From an uncultured Candidatus Saccharibacteria bacterium (GTDB lineage Bacteria; Patescibacteriota; Minisyncoccia; Phycocordibacterales; DATDWN01): DNA of 56,520 nucleotides. Shown here piece by piece: positions 39,635 to 48,496 of the stretch (positions within the stretch are counted from its first letter, which is position 1; each line of letters opens with the position of its first letter). The DNA lies in the NCBI GenBank assembly GCA_964603545.1, contig CAZRVD010000001.1:1001-57520 (forward strand), written 5' to 3'. Both the position numbers and the translations under genes were made by a program. The notes under the pieces were generated by a model. It had not been told where the DNA came from, did no database searches, and was given only the letters and a program-made list of their open reading frames with translations.

Positions 39635-40561
39635 ATGAATAAAATTTTTAACATTGTTTTTCTAGTCGCTGTTGTTGTCTTTGGCTATTTCTACAGAGAT
39701 CAGATACAAAATATTTGGTCACAGTCACTAACGCGGTATTTTCCTTGTAGAACTCCTATTTCTTATTCAATAGGTAGTTTTGATAAAAAGTTTGGTGTAA
39801 GTGAAAAAGATTTTCTTGGTGCACTAGAAGACGCTGAAGACATCTGGGAAAAAACAATAAATAAAGATTTGTTCAAACACGTAGCGGAAGGAAGTTTGAA
39901 AGTAAATCTTATTTACGATGTTCGTCAAGACACAACTCTTCAATTAAAAAATATGGGAGTGGTTGTGGAAAATACTAGGGGCTCGTATGACAGCATGAAA
40001 TTGAGGTATGACAGCTTGATTGCACAATATAATGAAGAGAAAAGAATTTTTGAATCAAGACTTGCTGACTTTGAAGTGCGCAAAAGAGCATATGATGTAG
40101 AGGTAACAGCTGTAAACAAAAGAGGCGGAGCAAACAAAGAAACATTTAATCGGCTCAATACTGAGAAAAATTATTTAAATCAAGAAATAATTTACATAAA
40201 TCAGTTGCAAGCAAATCTTAACCAAAAAGCTGAAAATATAAATGCTCTGACAACAACATTAAACCAACTCGCGACAAATCTGAACTTGAATGTTAAAAAG
40301 TTTAACACTATTGGTAGCAGTTTAGGTGGAGAGTTTGAAGAGGGAACATATAGTAGTGATGTAAATGGTCAGAGGATAGATATTTATCAATTTGAAAACA
40401 GAAGTAAACTTGTCAGGGTTTTGGCGCATGAACTAGGACACGCACTAGGCTTAGAGCATTTAGAAGACTCAAAAGCCATAATGTACAGACTCAATAATGG
40501 TTACAACGAGAAAGCAACAGCTTCTGACATATTACAATTAAAAAATCTTTGCGGAATTTAA
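39635..40561 (+). CDS. Matrixin (M10-like) zinc metalloprotease with coiled-coil insert
   Basis: HELGHALGLEH, AIMY Met-turn, N-terminal TM, ~110-aa heptad region. Confidence 0.85.
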   Translation: MNKIFNIVFLVAVVVFGYFYRDQIQNIWSQSLTRYFPCRTPISYSIGSFDKKFGVSEKDFLGALEDAEDIWEKTINKDLFKHVAEGSLKVNLIYDVRQDTTLQLKNMGVVVENTRGSYDSMKLRYDSLIAQYNEEKRIFESRLADFEVRKRAYDVEVTAVNKRGGANKETFNRLNTEKNYLNQEIIYINQLQANLNQKAENINALTTTLNQLATNLNLNVKKFNTIGSSLGGEFEEGTYSSDVNGQRIDIYQFENRSKLVRVLAHELGHALGLEHLEDSKAIMYRLNNGYNEKATASDILQLKNLCGI

Positions 40562-40566
40562 TTTTG

Positions 40567-40610
40567 CAAAAAGTAAGGGCCGGACTGAGAGTTTCCCAGC
40601 CGGCCCAAAA
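40567..40610. terminator. Terminator hairpin between convergent genes
   Basis: GGGCCGG..CCGGCCC with A-runs on both sides. Confidence 0.65.
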
Positions 40611-40632
40611 GTGTTCAAGTTGTTCGAAAGTT

Positions 40633-42225
40633 TCAGTGTAGGATGAACCACCAAACGATGTCCCACACAACCTTGTCGCTGATTCGCCAGACGACCTCAT
40701 TTCCTCTACCCGAGAACAAAGGGTCTTCGGAAACGTAGATGATGTGTGGGTTAGCTCGCGTGGCTACCGACGCCACGATGTGAGCTTGCTCCGCCGGAGT
40801 GACGTCCGACATGAACCACCGAGCCGCGTAACCGTAGAAGACGTATTTCATGTCGTAGTCTTCAGGTACGCGAACGATGGTGATCCGGGATTGCCAAGCC
40901 TTGAAGACCTGATCTTTCAGTGCCGGTACCACTTTGTCACCGGCGCCAGAAAGGAGTGGGTCCGAGGAAACATACTGAATCCTCGGGTTTCCTGCCTGTG
41001 CAATGATGTCCAGGACATTCTGCCTTTCTGCCTGGGTCGCCGACATGAAATACTTTCCAGCGAGTTCGTCGAGCATTCCAGGAAGAGTGTTTCCATCACT
41101 CGACACATCGTGGTCGAGTGGCATTTTGTCACGGATGAAGTTCTGGATGAGCGTCATCTTGCCGATACCCCAACGCCCACCAGTTGCAGGGTTCAACCCC
41201 TGATCGAGCACTCCGTGAGCCGAAGTGGTGATCGGTACACTCTCGTTGCATGGGCCATTCTCGTAGACCCACACATTTGCCGATCCTCCTCGAGCTTTGA
41301 TGGCCGAGAAGAACTCGGTTGCTTGATTCACAGGGACCATACAGTCGTCGGTTCCGTGTATCATGAGTAGTGGTGTGTGAAAGCGACTCGCCAGTGATTC
41401 GTACGTTATCCCACTCCAATTCGCCGGGTCCATTCCAAAGGACGCTGCCCAGCGATTTTTGTAGGAATTGTAGAACCACGGGTTCTTTTTCATGAATTCC
41501 CACATCTTTGCCGGCTCCATCCATCCTGCAAGTGATACTGCTCCTGCGAGGATGCGAAGAAGTCGCGGGTCATCTGATGGGATGGCACCTGGAACACCAG
41601 ATGGAAACGTCAAGGGGTGAATGGCGAGTTGTCCACCTTGGGACATCCCGACAATAACCACTTTCTCAACTCTTGAGTCATCGCTAAGTGTGATGAGGGC
41701 TTGTTGAACGCCAAACATCATACTCAAGGCGTCGTTGCCCAGGTAGTGTCCGTTCAATAGTACAGCCACTCCATAACCCTCGTCGAAGAGTCTGTCCAGT
41801 AGGGTATTGCCGGGGATTTCCCCCGCCACGTTGCCCAACCTTGAGAGGTCGTTTTCAGCTACAGCGGGCATTGCAAAAATCTGGCAGTCCCCATCGCAGG
41901 GATAGAGTCTTCGACTCTGTGGCAGGTTGACGTCTGCATACATTCCCACGGCGCCAACTCTTGCTACCCATGCGCTATCCACGATTCGAACAGCGTAGGG
42001 AGCATTGAAAAGTACGACTGGGTGACTTGACTTTCCGTCGTTTGGGAAAGCTTTCACGTATCTGTCGTATGCCCCAGAACCTGGGTTATAGGTCACAACA
42101 CGCTCTACCTGGACGCTCTTGTAGGGTCCAACGTAGGTCGTGGTCTGTCCCGAAACTGGAACAGGGAAAGTGGCGAAGAAGATCGCCATGAGGGTCACAA
42201 ACAAGCGAACCACCAGTCGAATCAT
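40633..42225 (-). CDS. Secreted alpha/beta hydrolase (S9-like) with duplicated C-terminal domain, GC-rich gene
   Basis: GMSQGG, PLLMIHGTDD, AHG; GGAGG SD before ATG 42225; signal peptide. Confidence 0.8.
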   Translation of the reverse strand: MIRLVVRLFVTLMAIFFATFPVPVSGQTTTYVGPYKSVQVERVVTYNPGSGAYDRYVKAFPNDGKSSHPVVLFNAPYAVRIVDSAWVARVGAVGMYADVNLPQSRRLYPCDGDCQIFAMPAVAENDLSRLGNVAGEIPGNTLLDRLFDEGYGVAVLLNGHYLGNDALSMMFGVQQALITLSDDSRVEKVVIVGMSQGGQLAIHPLTFPSGVPGAIPSDDPRLLRILAGAVSLAGWMEPAKMWEFMKKNPWFYNSYKNRWAASFGMDPANWSGITYESLASRFHTPLLMIHGTDDCMVPVNQATEFFSAIKARGGSANVWVYENGPCNESVPITTSAHGVLDQGLNPATGGRWGIGKMTLIQNFIRDKMPLDHDVSSDGNTLPGMLDELAGKYFMSATQAERQNVLDIIAQAGNPRIQYVSSDPLLSGAGDKVVPALKDQVFKAWQSRITIVRVPEDYDMKYVFYGYAARWFMSDVTPAEQAHIVASVATRANPHIIYVSEDPLFSGRGNEVVWRISDKVVWDIVWWFILH

Positions 42226-42400
42226 CTTCGGCCTCCACACAGGAAACTTGCTAACTGTCAAAATTCTTAGAGACCACGTCGTGATCTCTTCTGACCAAAA
42301 TCATATACTTCTTTCCAAAACTTTCAATACAACATCAATTTCGAGTATTTTTTTCTAGAAATCTTTGCGGAATTTAATAATCTGCTATAATATCACTCTA

Positions 42401-43072
42401 ATGAAAAATTTAATTTTAAGCATTGTAGTTGTCGGTCTGATTATTTGGGGCGGTTATTATTTATTTAAAGATGACAAATCTTCACAAAATAATTCTGGTC
42501 TAGCAACTAGTACAGACTTATATAGTACAAGTACACCAGTTTTTGAAGATGGTACTTTACCAGCAGAAGATAACGTTCAGACCTCAACTGAGCAAAATAA
42601 AAAAACACATATGATAACAATAGAAACAAATTACGGAAAAATAGTTTTTGAAACTTATGAAGCAGACGCGCCAAACACGGTGAAAAACTTTATTACACTT
42701 GCCGACAAGGGTTTTTACAACGGGCTAACATTTCACAGGGTGATAAAAGGTTTTATGATTCAGGGAGGGGATCCAAATGGTAACGGAACTGGTGGTCCGG
42801 GGTATAAATTTGACGATGAGTTGAATCCAAATACTCCTTCATACAAAGCAGGATACAAAAAAGGTGTGGTGGCCATGGCAAACGCAGGTCCAAACACAAA
42901 TGGCAGTCAGTTTTTTATAATGCACGCCGACTATCCACTACCTAACTCTTATACTATTTTCGGTAAGGTTGTTTCTGGGCAAGATGTAGTAGACAAGATA
43001 GCAAATGTTACTGTAGGGGCTAATGATAAGCCTATTACATCGGTTGTTATGAAAACAGTAACAACTAAATAA
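42401..43072 (+). CDS. Cyclophilin-type peptidyl-prolyl isomerase, membrane anchored
   Basis: FHRVIKGFMIQGGDP, AMANAGPNTNGSQFFI. Confidence 0.95.
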   Translation: MKNLILSIVVVGLIIWGGYYLFKDDKSSQNNSGLATSTDLYSTSTPVFEDGTLPAEDNVQTSTEQNKKTHMITIETNYGKIVFETYEADAPNTVKNFITLADKGFYNGLTFHRVIKGFMIQGGDPNGNGTGGPGYKFDDELNPNTPSYKAGYKKGVVAMANAGPNTNGSQFFIMHADYPLPNSYTIFGKVVSGQDVVDKIANVTVGANDKPITSVVMKTVTTK

Positions 43073-43077
43073 CCGAC

Positions 43078-43106
43078 TTGACTTTTAAGAATGATAGGAG
43101 TATAAT
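43078..43106 (+). promoter_or_regulatory. Near-consensus sigma70 promoter of the RRM gene
   Basis: TTGACT-17-TATAAT. Confidence 0.75.
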
Positions 43107-43212
43107 AGTGGGTAATGTAAGTATCTCAATGTTTTCGTATTTTCGAAGAGAAAGTTGAAAAGGAGAGAAACTAGTCGCCTTACAGTTTAAAATAAAGACT
43201 AGAGAAAATATA

Positions 43213-43524
43213 ATGGCAAAGAAGCTATACGTAGGAGGAATTTCTTATTCAACAACTAACGATGGATTGAAAGATGCATTCGCACAAGTTGGAGAAGTTA
43301 TCAAGGCAGATATTATTATGGACAAGATGACAGGCCGATCAAAAGGATTCGGTTTCGTTGAGTTCGCAAACGATGCAGATGCTGATGCAGCAATCGCAAA
43401 GTGGAACGGTCAAGAACTTGATGGACGAAAACTAACAGTTAATGAAGCTCGACCAATGGAACCAAGAGCACCTAGAACTGGAGGATTCGACCGAGGTAAT
43501 GACCGAGGTGGCCGAACATGGTAA
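43213..43524 (+). CDS. RRM RNA-binding protein
   Basis: KLYVGG (RNP2), KGFGFVEF (RNP1), LTVNEARP, RGG tail. Confidence 0.95.
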   Translation: MAKKLYVGGISYSTTNDGLKDAFAQVGEVIKADIIMDKMTGRSKGFGFVEFANDADADAAIAKWNGQELDGRKLTVNEARPMEPRAPRTGGFDRGNDRGGRTW

Positions 43525-43650
43525 TAAAAGATTTCCAAATTTAGCGAATTTCTTTGTTGGGATTCAAATTTGATCGTCATCGTACTAAATGTACGTTTCC
43601 TCTCAAATTTTTCTCCCGCCTCGAACTTCATCTAAATTTGAAAACTTTTA
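43525..43650 (+). repeat. ERIC-like long-hairpin element, copy D
   Basis: TAAAAG/CTTTTA ends; core GTCATCGTAC-TAAAT-GTACGTTTCC; begins right after the RRM stop. Confidence 0.85.
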
Positions 43651-43667
43651 GAATCTCAATTCTAACA

Positions 43668-43699
43668 AACAAAAAACATCTTAACGGGTGTTTTTTGTT
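43668..43699 (+). terminator. Intrinsic terminator
   Basis: AACAAAAAACATC..GGTGTTTTTTGTT. Confidence 0.7.
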
Positions 43700-43727
43700 A
43701 ACTAAAAAAAGTGATAGAATTAATGGG

Positions 43728-44183
43728 ATGAAATTTAACAAGACTCGAGTATCCTTTATGCTTTTTATAGTAGTTGGAGTTACTCTTATTGTTTATCTAT
43801 CTACTGTAAATTATAAAAGTAGAGCGATTGTTGGAGGAAAAACTTTTAGCATAGATGTTGCTGACACAACTTTTACAATGAGCAAGGGTCTCTCTGGAAG
43901 AAAATCAATTTCCAAAGATGAAGGAATGGTTTTTGTGTTTGAAAAGTTAGATAAACACGGTTTTTGGATGAAGGATATGCTTTTTCCAATTGATATTCTT
44001 TGGATGGATGAAAATTTTAAAATTGTACACATAGAAAAATCTGTCAGCCCAGAAACTTATCCTACAATTTTTTCTCCGGACCGACTTTCTTTATATGTTC
44101 TAGAAATTTCTGCTGGCCAGACCGATTCGCTTGGAGTTAAGGTTGGAGATAGGGTAGATTTTGTATACAAGAATTCAATCTAG
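43728..44183 (+). CDS. DUF192 family protein
   Basis: GLSGR, GM.FVF, FWMKDM.FPIDI.W, YVLEI.AG; ATG 43728 preferred. Confidence 0.9.
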   Translation: MKFNKTRVSFMLFIVVGVTLIVYLSTVNYKSRAIVGGKTFSIDVADTTFTMSKGLSGRKSISKDEGMVFVFEKLDKHGFWMKDMLFPIDILWMDENFKIVHIEKSVSPETYPTIFSPDRLSLYVLEISAGQTDSLGVKVGDRVDFVYKNSI

Positions 44184-44257
44184 ACCATTTTTTGGCCTTT
44201 TTGTGAGGGGGGTACTTTACATAAAAAGCTTTGTATTTTGAAGTAGTTTTTTGGCTG

Positions 44258-44266
44258 TTATCCACA
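44258..44266 (+). promoter_or_regulatory. Possible DnaA box upstream of nrdA
   Basis: TTATCCACA consensus; a single copy could be chance. Confidence 0.45.
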
Positions 44267-44440
44267 TATTTTTTTGAGGGAGTTTGCAGTACAATAAAAA
44301 GACAAATTTAAAGATTTTTGATAAATTCTATCGTTTGTTTCTGCTTTTCTGCGATTTTTCTCTGAATTCTTGATATTTTTTTAGAAAATCGTAAAAATTT
44401 AAATACCAATCAAATTTATTAATTTAATTTTATCTAAACT

Positions 44441-47191
44441 ATGAGTATCACCGTAACAAGACACGATGGAACAAGAGAACCGTTCAATGCGGACAAAATA
44501 AATCGTTCTATTGAAAGAGCTTGTTACGGACTTACAGATCCAATTTCCAAAGTTACTCAAATCGCAAGTGAGACACAACTTACGCTTTACGATGGTATAA
44601 CAAAAGATGAAATGGATCAGGCAACGATAAACGCTGCTATCCAAAATATCAAAGAAGACATTGCTTACGATAAAATTGCCACAAGACTTTTTCTAAAAGT
44701 TATTTATAGAAGAATTATTGGAGATTATTCTCACGACAAAGATACTTTAGTTAAACTTCATAAAGAATTTTTTATAAAATATATTGAAAAAGGAATTAGT
44801 CTTGGTCGACTAGATAAAAGAATGAAAGAAAAGTTTGATTTACAAAAACTTTCTGAAGCTATTAAACTAGATCGCGATGAACTTTTTGAATATACAGGAC
44901 TTTCAACTGTTGCATCTTTGTATTTATTAAAAGATGAAAAAGAAAACTATCTAGAAACTCCTCAAATGTTTTGGATGAGAATCGCCATGGGACTTTCTTA
45001 CAACGAAAGTGATCCAACAGCTTGGGCAATTTCTTTCTACAACAAAATGTCCAAGATGGAGTATGTTGCGGGGACTTCAACAAATCTTGGTGCGGGAACT
45101 TCTAGACCAGCACTTTCTAATTGCTTTCTGATGGAAATGCATGATGACATGGAGCATATTGCAAAAACAGTTGCAGATACAATGCTTATATCAAAAGCAA
45201 CCGGAGGCATAGGTCTCTCTCTTACTAAACTACGTGCTTCTGGCTCGCCATTAAAATCTAATAATGGAGCTTCTTCTGGACCAACACCTTTTGCAAAAAT
45301 TATTGATACTGCTATTCGGGCTATTATGCGTGCGGGCAAACGAAGAGGCGCCCTATGTTTTTATATGGAGCCTTGGCACTTGGATTTCCATGAATTTCTG
45401 GACTGGAAGCACAATGCAGGTGATGACCATATGAGAATGCGTACAGCAAACACAGCAGCCTTTATACCAGATGAGTTTATGAATAGGGTCAGTAAGGGTG
45501 AAGAGTGGTATATGTTTGACCCAGCAGAGACAGGGGATTTAAACGAGTTATACGGACAAGCTTTTTCTGTAAGGTACAGAGAATACGTAGAAAAGGCGGA
45601 TAATGGGGAACTGCGAGCATACAAAAAAATGCCAGCCACAGAGCTTTACAGAAAAATGTTAGTTTCTCTTCAATCTACTTCACACCCATGGCTTGTTTGG
45701 AAAGACTCTATAAATGTTCGTGCTCTAAACAACAACACTGGTACTATTCATATGTCTAACTTGTGTACGGAGATTTGTTTGCCACAAGACAGAGAGAACA
45801 TTGCTGTCTGTAACCTAGCATCACTTAATCTCGCACCACATATTCAAAACAAAGAAGTAAATTGGTCTAAACTAGAAGAAACTGTTCGTTTAGCTGTCCG
45901 TCAGCTAGATAATCTTATTGATATAAATCAACTTCCGATTCCTGAAGCGGTAAAATCTGACAGCGAAAATCGTGCAGTAGGACTAGGCGTGATGGGACTC
46001 TCTGATGTGCTCGAGCAACTTGGTATGGCATACGATTCTACTCACGCTTGGGATTTCACAGACAGAATATTTGAATTTATTTCTTACATGGCTATAGATG
46101 AAAGCGCGAACCTTGCTCAAACTCGTGGTTCATATAAAAATTTTGAGGGTTCTGGTTGGTCAAAAGGTTTAGTGCCGATAGATACATTGGATAGATTAGA
46201 AAAAGAAAGAGGCGTTCCGCTTACAGTTGCAAAAGAGTCTAGACACAAAGGTTTGGATTGGAATATTCTTCGGGCAAAAGTTAAGAAGGGAATGAGAAAT
46301 GCAACTCTTATGGCTGTTGCACCGAATGCAACTATTGGTCTTGTAGCTGGAACTGTTCCTGGTATTGATCCACGTTTCGCTCAAGTTTTTTCTAGAAACA
46401 CTCTTTCAGGAAAATACTTAGATATAAATCATAACTTGGTAAAAGATCTTACAAACTTAGGAATTTGGGAAAAAGTAAAAGGTCAGATTATAGAGTTTCA
46501 AGGAGATATTTCTGGAATTGAAGAAATTCCACAGCATATAAAAGATGTTTATAAAACTTCTTTCACCACATCTCCATACGCGTTTATAGAAGTAGCAGCG
46601 CGCGCACAAAAATGGATTGATCAGGCACTCTCTAGAAATATGTATCTAGAAACTCGTGACATAGATGAAACAATGAAGATTTACACAACTGCATGGGGTA
46701 AGGGTGTAAAATCAACATACTACCTACACATGAAGCCAAGGCATACTGCGGAGCAAAGTACAACTGATGTAAACAAAGCCACAAAAATTGGTAAAGTTGG
46801 TTTCGGAGCTTTGAATTTTGCAAATTCTCCAGCATTCTCTGCACCACTTCAGAAGTCTTTTAACGTTGGAGTAACGCCAGAGTCCACACCTGTTATAGCA
46901 CCTTCTGTTGAACCAGTGGTAAATAGTAGCCAAGCTGTTTTGGATGTATTAGATACTCCCAAAGATGAAGAGATACTTGTTTCCACAACAACTTATAAAC
47001 CGAAAGTTGACGCTACTCCCTCAGTTTCTGCTATAGTGGAACAAGTTGCTGTAGAAGAAGTATTTGTTCCATCCGTAAAAGTTGAGGAGAGAAGTGAATA
47101 CAAACCTCTTCAAAGTGTTAGTGTAAACAATAGTAATATTATTGGTCCTGAGGACCCGGCCGATGCTAACATTTGCATCAGCTGTCAGTAA
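44441..47191 (+). CDS. nrdA: Ribonucleoside-diphosphate reductase alpha subunit
   Basis: ATP cone, SNCF, SNLCTEI, CNLAS, APNAT, STYY, terminal CISCQ. Confidence 0.95.
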   Translation: MSITVTRHDGTREPFNADKINRSIERACYGLTDPISKVTQIASETQLTLYDGITKDEMDQATINAAIQNIKEDIAYDKIATRLFLKVIYRRIIGDYSHDKDTLVKLHKEFFIKYIEKGISLGRLDKRMKEKFDLQKLSEAIKLDRDELFEYTGLSTVASLYLLKDEKENYLETPQMFWMRIAMGLSYNESDPTAWAISFYNKMSKMEYVAGTSTNLGAGTSRPALSNCFLMEMHDDMEHIAKTVADTMLISKATGGIGLSLTKLRASGSPLKSNNGASSGPTPFAKIIDTAIRAIMRAGKRRGALCFYMEPWHLDFHEFLDWKHNAGDDHMRMRTANTAAFIPDEFMNRVSKGEEWYMFDPAETGDLNELYGQAFSVRYREYVEKADNGELRAYKKMPATELYRKMLVSLQSTSHPWLVWKDSINVRALNNNTGTIHMSNLCTEICLPQDRENIAVCNLASLNLAPHIQNKEVNWSKLEETVRLAVRQLDNLIDINQLPIPEAVKSDSENRAVGLGVMGLSDVLEQLGMAYDSTHAWDFTDRIFEFISYMAIDESANLAQTRGSYKNFEGSGWSKGLVPIDTLDRLEKERGVPLTVAKESRHKGLDWNILRAKVKKGMRNATLMAVAPNATIGLVAGTVPGIDPRFAQVFSRNTLSGKYLDINHNLVKDLTNLGIWEKVKGQIIEFQGDISGIEEIPQHIKDVYKTSFTTSPYAFIEVAARAQKWIDQALSRNMYLETRDIDETMKIYTTAWGKGVKSTYYLHMKPRHTAEQSTTDVNKATKIGKVGFGALNFANSPAFSAPLQKSFNVGVTPESTPVIAPSVEPVVNSSQAVLDVLDTPKDEEILVSTTTYKPKVDATPSVSAIVEQVAVEEVFVPSVKVEERSEYKPLQSVSVNNSNIIGPEDPADANICISCQ

Positions 47192-47221
47192 GTTTATTTA
47201 TCAAAGTAATAATTTAATTAC

Positions 47222-47340
47222 GAACTTTCAGATTTGAGCCAAGTTCTAGGAGAAGGAGAAAAATAATTGGAGGCGTATAAGCATACGATGAGAATTATTT
47301 TTTGAACTTCGACAAAGAAATTGGCCAAATGTGGAAGTTC
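47222..47340 (-). repeat. ERIC-like long-hairpin element, copy E
   Basis: GAACTT/AAGTTC ends; shares AAAATAATTGGAGGCGTA..TACGATGAGAATTATTTTTTGAA with copy A. Confidence 0.85.
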
Positions 47341-47353
47341 TAAACAAAAACAC

Positions 47354-48376
47354 ATGGCACTTATAGGAAAACCATCACCAACCGACATGAACCTTCACCC
47401 ACTAAACTACAAGTGGGCATATGACTTGTATAATCAGGCGGTAAGAAACACATGGTTTCCACACGAAATTGCACTCAAAGAAGATTTGGATGATTTTGAA
47501 AAAATGACAGAGGACGAGAAACATGCAGTGAAATTTCTCATGGCTTTCTTTAATCCCGCAGAACTCATTGTGAATCGTTCTATTGCTCTAGGTATGTATC
47601 CTTACCTAAAAGCTCCAGAGTGTCATTTATACTTGGCAAAAGTTATGTGGGAAGAAGCAAACCACTGCGTTGCTTTTGAGTACGTACTAGAAACTTTTCC
47701 TTTTGATAAAGAAACTATTTTCAACACCCACCTAGAAGTTCCTTCTATGCTTGCTAAGGAAGCATACATAAATAAATATCTGACTAGGATGACGGAGGAG
47801 AAGCTAGACATTTCAACCGTTGACGGAAAAAAAGATTTTATCAGAAATCTTGTCGCTACAAATATTGTTATGGAAGGTATTTGGTTCTATTCTGGTTTTA
47901 TGGTCGCACTCTCTTTTAGACAGAGAAATCAACTTAGAAACTTTGGTTCAATGATTAACTGGGTGCTTCGTGACGAAAGCTTGCACTTAAAATTTGGAAT
48001 AAATCTCGTACATAACGTATTAGAGGAAAACACAGAACTATTAACAGAAGAATTTGCCACAGAGATTAGGAATATCATAATTGAGGGAGTAGATTTGGAA
48101 ACTGCATATAATAAAGACCTTTTCCCAAATGGAATTTTAGGACTTAACGCAGATTATGTAAACCAGTACGTGCAATACGTTGCAGACAGGAGACTGGCAG
48201 AACTTGGAATGCCAAAATACTACAACGTAACAAACCCAGCAAAGTGGATGTCTACAGCAACAGACGTGTTTGAACTTGTGAATTTCTTTGAGTCACAGAA
48301 CACTTCATACGAGGTGGATGGACATGCAAGCACAAAGGCTAAAAAGGATGACACCATGCCTCCATTTAAGGAATAA
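47354..48376 (+). CDS. nrdB: Ribonucleotide reductase beta subunit, class Ic (R2c)-like
   Basis: FFNPAE, EEANHCVAF, MEGIWFYSGF, RDESLH, NFFE; ATG 47354. Confidence 0.92.
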   Translation: MALIGKPSPTDMNLHPLNYKWAYDLYNQAVRNTWFPHEIALKEDLDDFEKMTEDEKHAVKFLMAFFNPAELIVNRSIALGMYPYLKAPECHLYLAKVMWEEANHCVAFEYVLETFPFDKETIFNTHLEVPSMLAKEAYINKYLTRMTEEKLDISTVDGKKDFIRNLVATNIVMEGIWFYSGFMVALSFRQRNQLRNFGSMINWVLRDESLHLKFGINLVHNVLEENTELLTEEFATEIRNIIIEGVDLETAYNKDLFPNGILGLNADYVNQYVQYVADRRLAELGMPKYYNVTNPAKWMSTATDVFELVNFFESQNTSYEVDGHASTKAKKDDTMPPFKE

Positions 48377-48406
48377 TTAACTAACTCGGACCTTGTTCTA
48401 CACAGG

Positions 48407-48432
48407 AACCGTCGGCCTTGGTCGGCGGTTTT
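48407..48432 (+). terminator. Intrinsic terminator after nrdB
   Basis: AACCGTCGGCC-TT-GGTCGGCGGTTTT. Confidence 0.7.
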
Positions 48433-48467
48433 CCTATGTCTCTGGATTTGTTATAATTTATCTACGT

Positions 48468-48494
48468 TTCATTATTCATTATTCATTATTCATT
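48468..48494 (+). repeat. Heptamer tandem repeat (TTCATTA)x~4 just before the gap ATG
   Basis: TTCATTA TTCATTA TTCATTA TTCATT. Confidence 0.85.
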
Positions 48495-48496
48495 TT

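Noticed and set aside
25906-41524. Long alternative-frame ORFs over the GC-rich genes (e.g. 25906-26454, 26078-26458, 40744-41370, 41129-41524)
   Set aside because: Expected shadow ORFs in stop-poor GC-rich DNA; no motifs.
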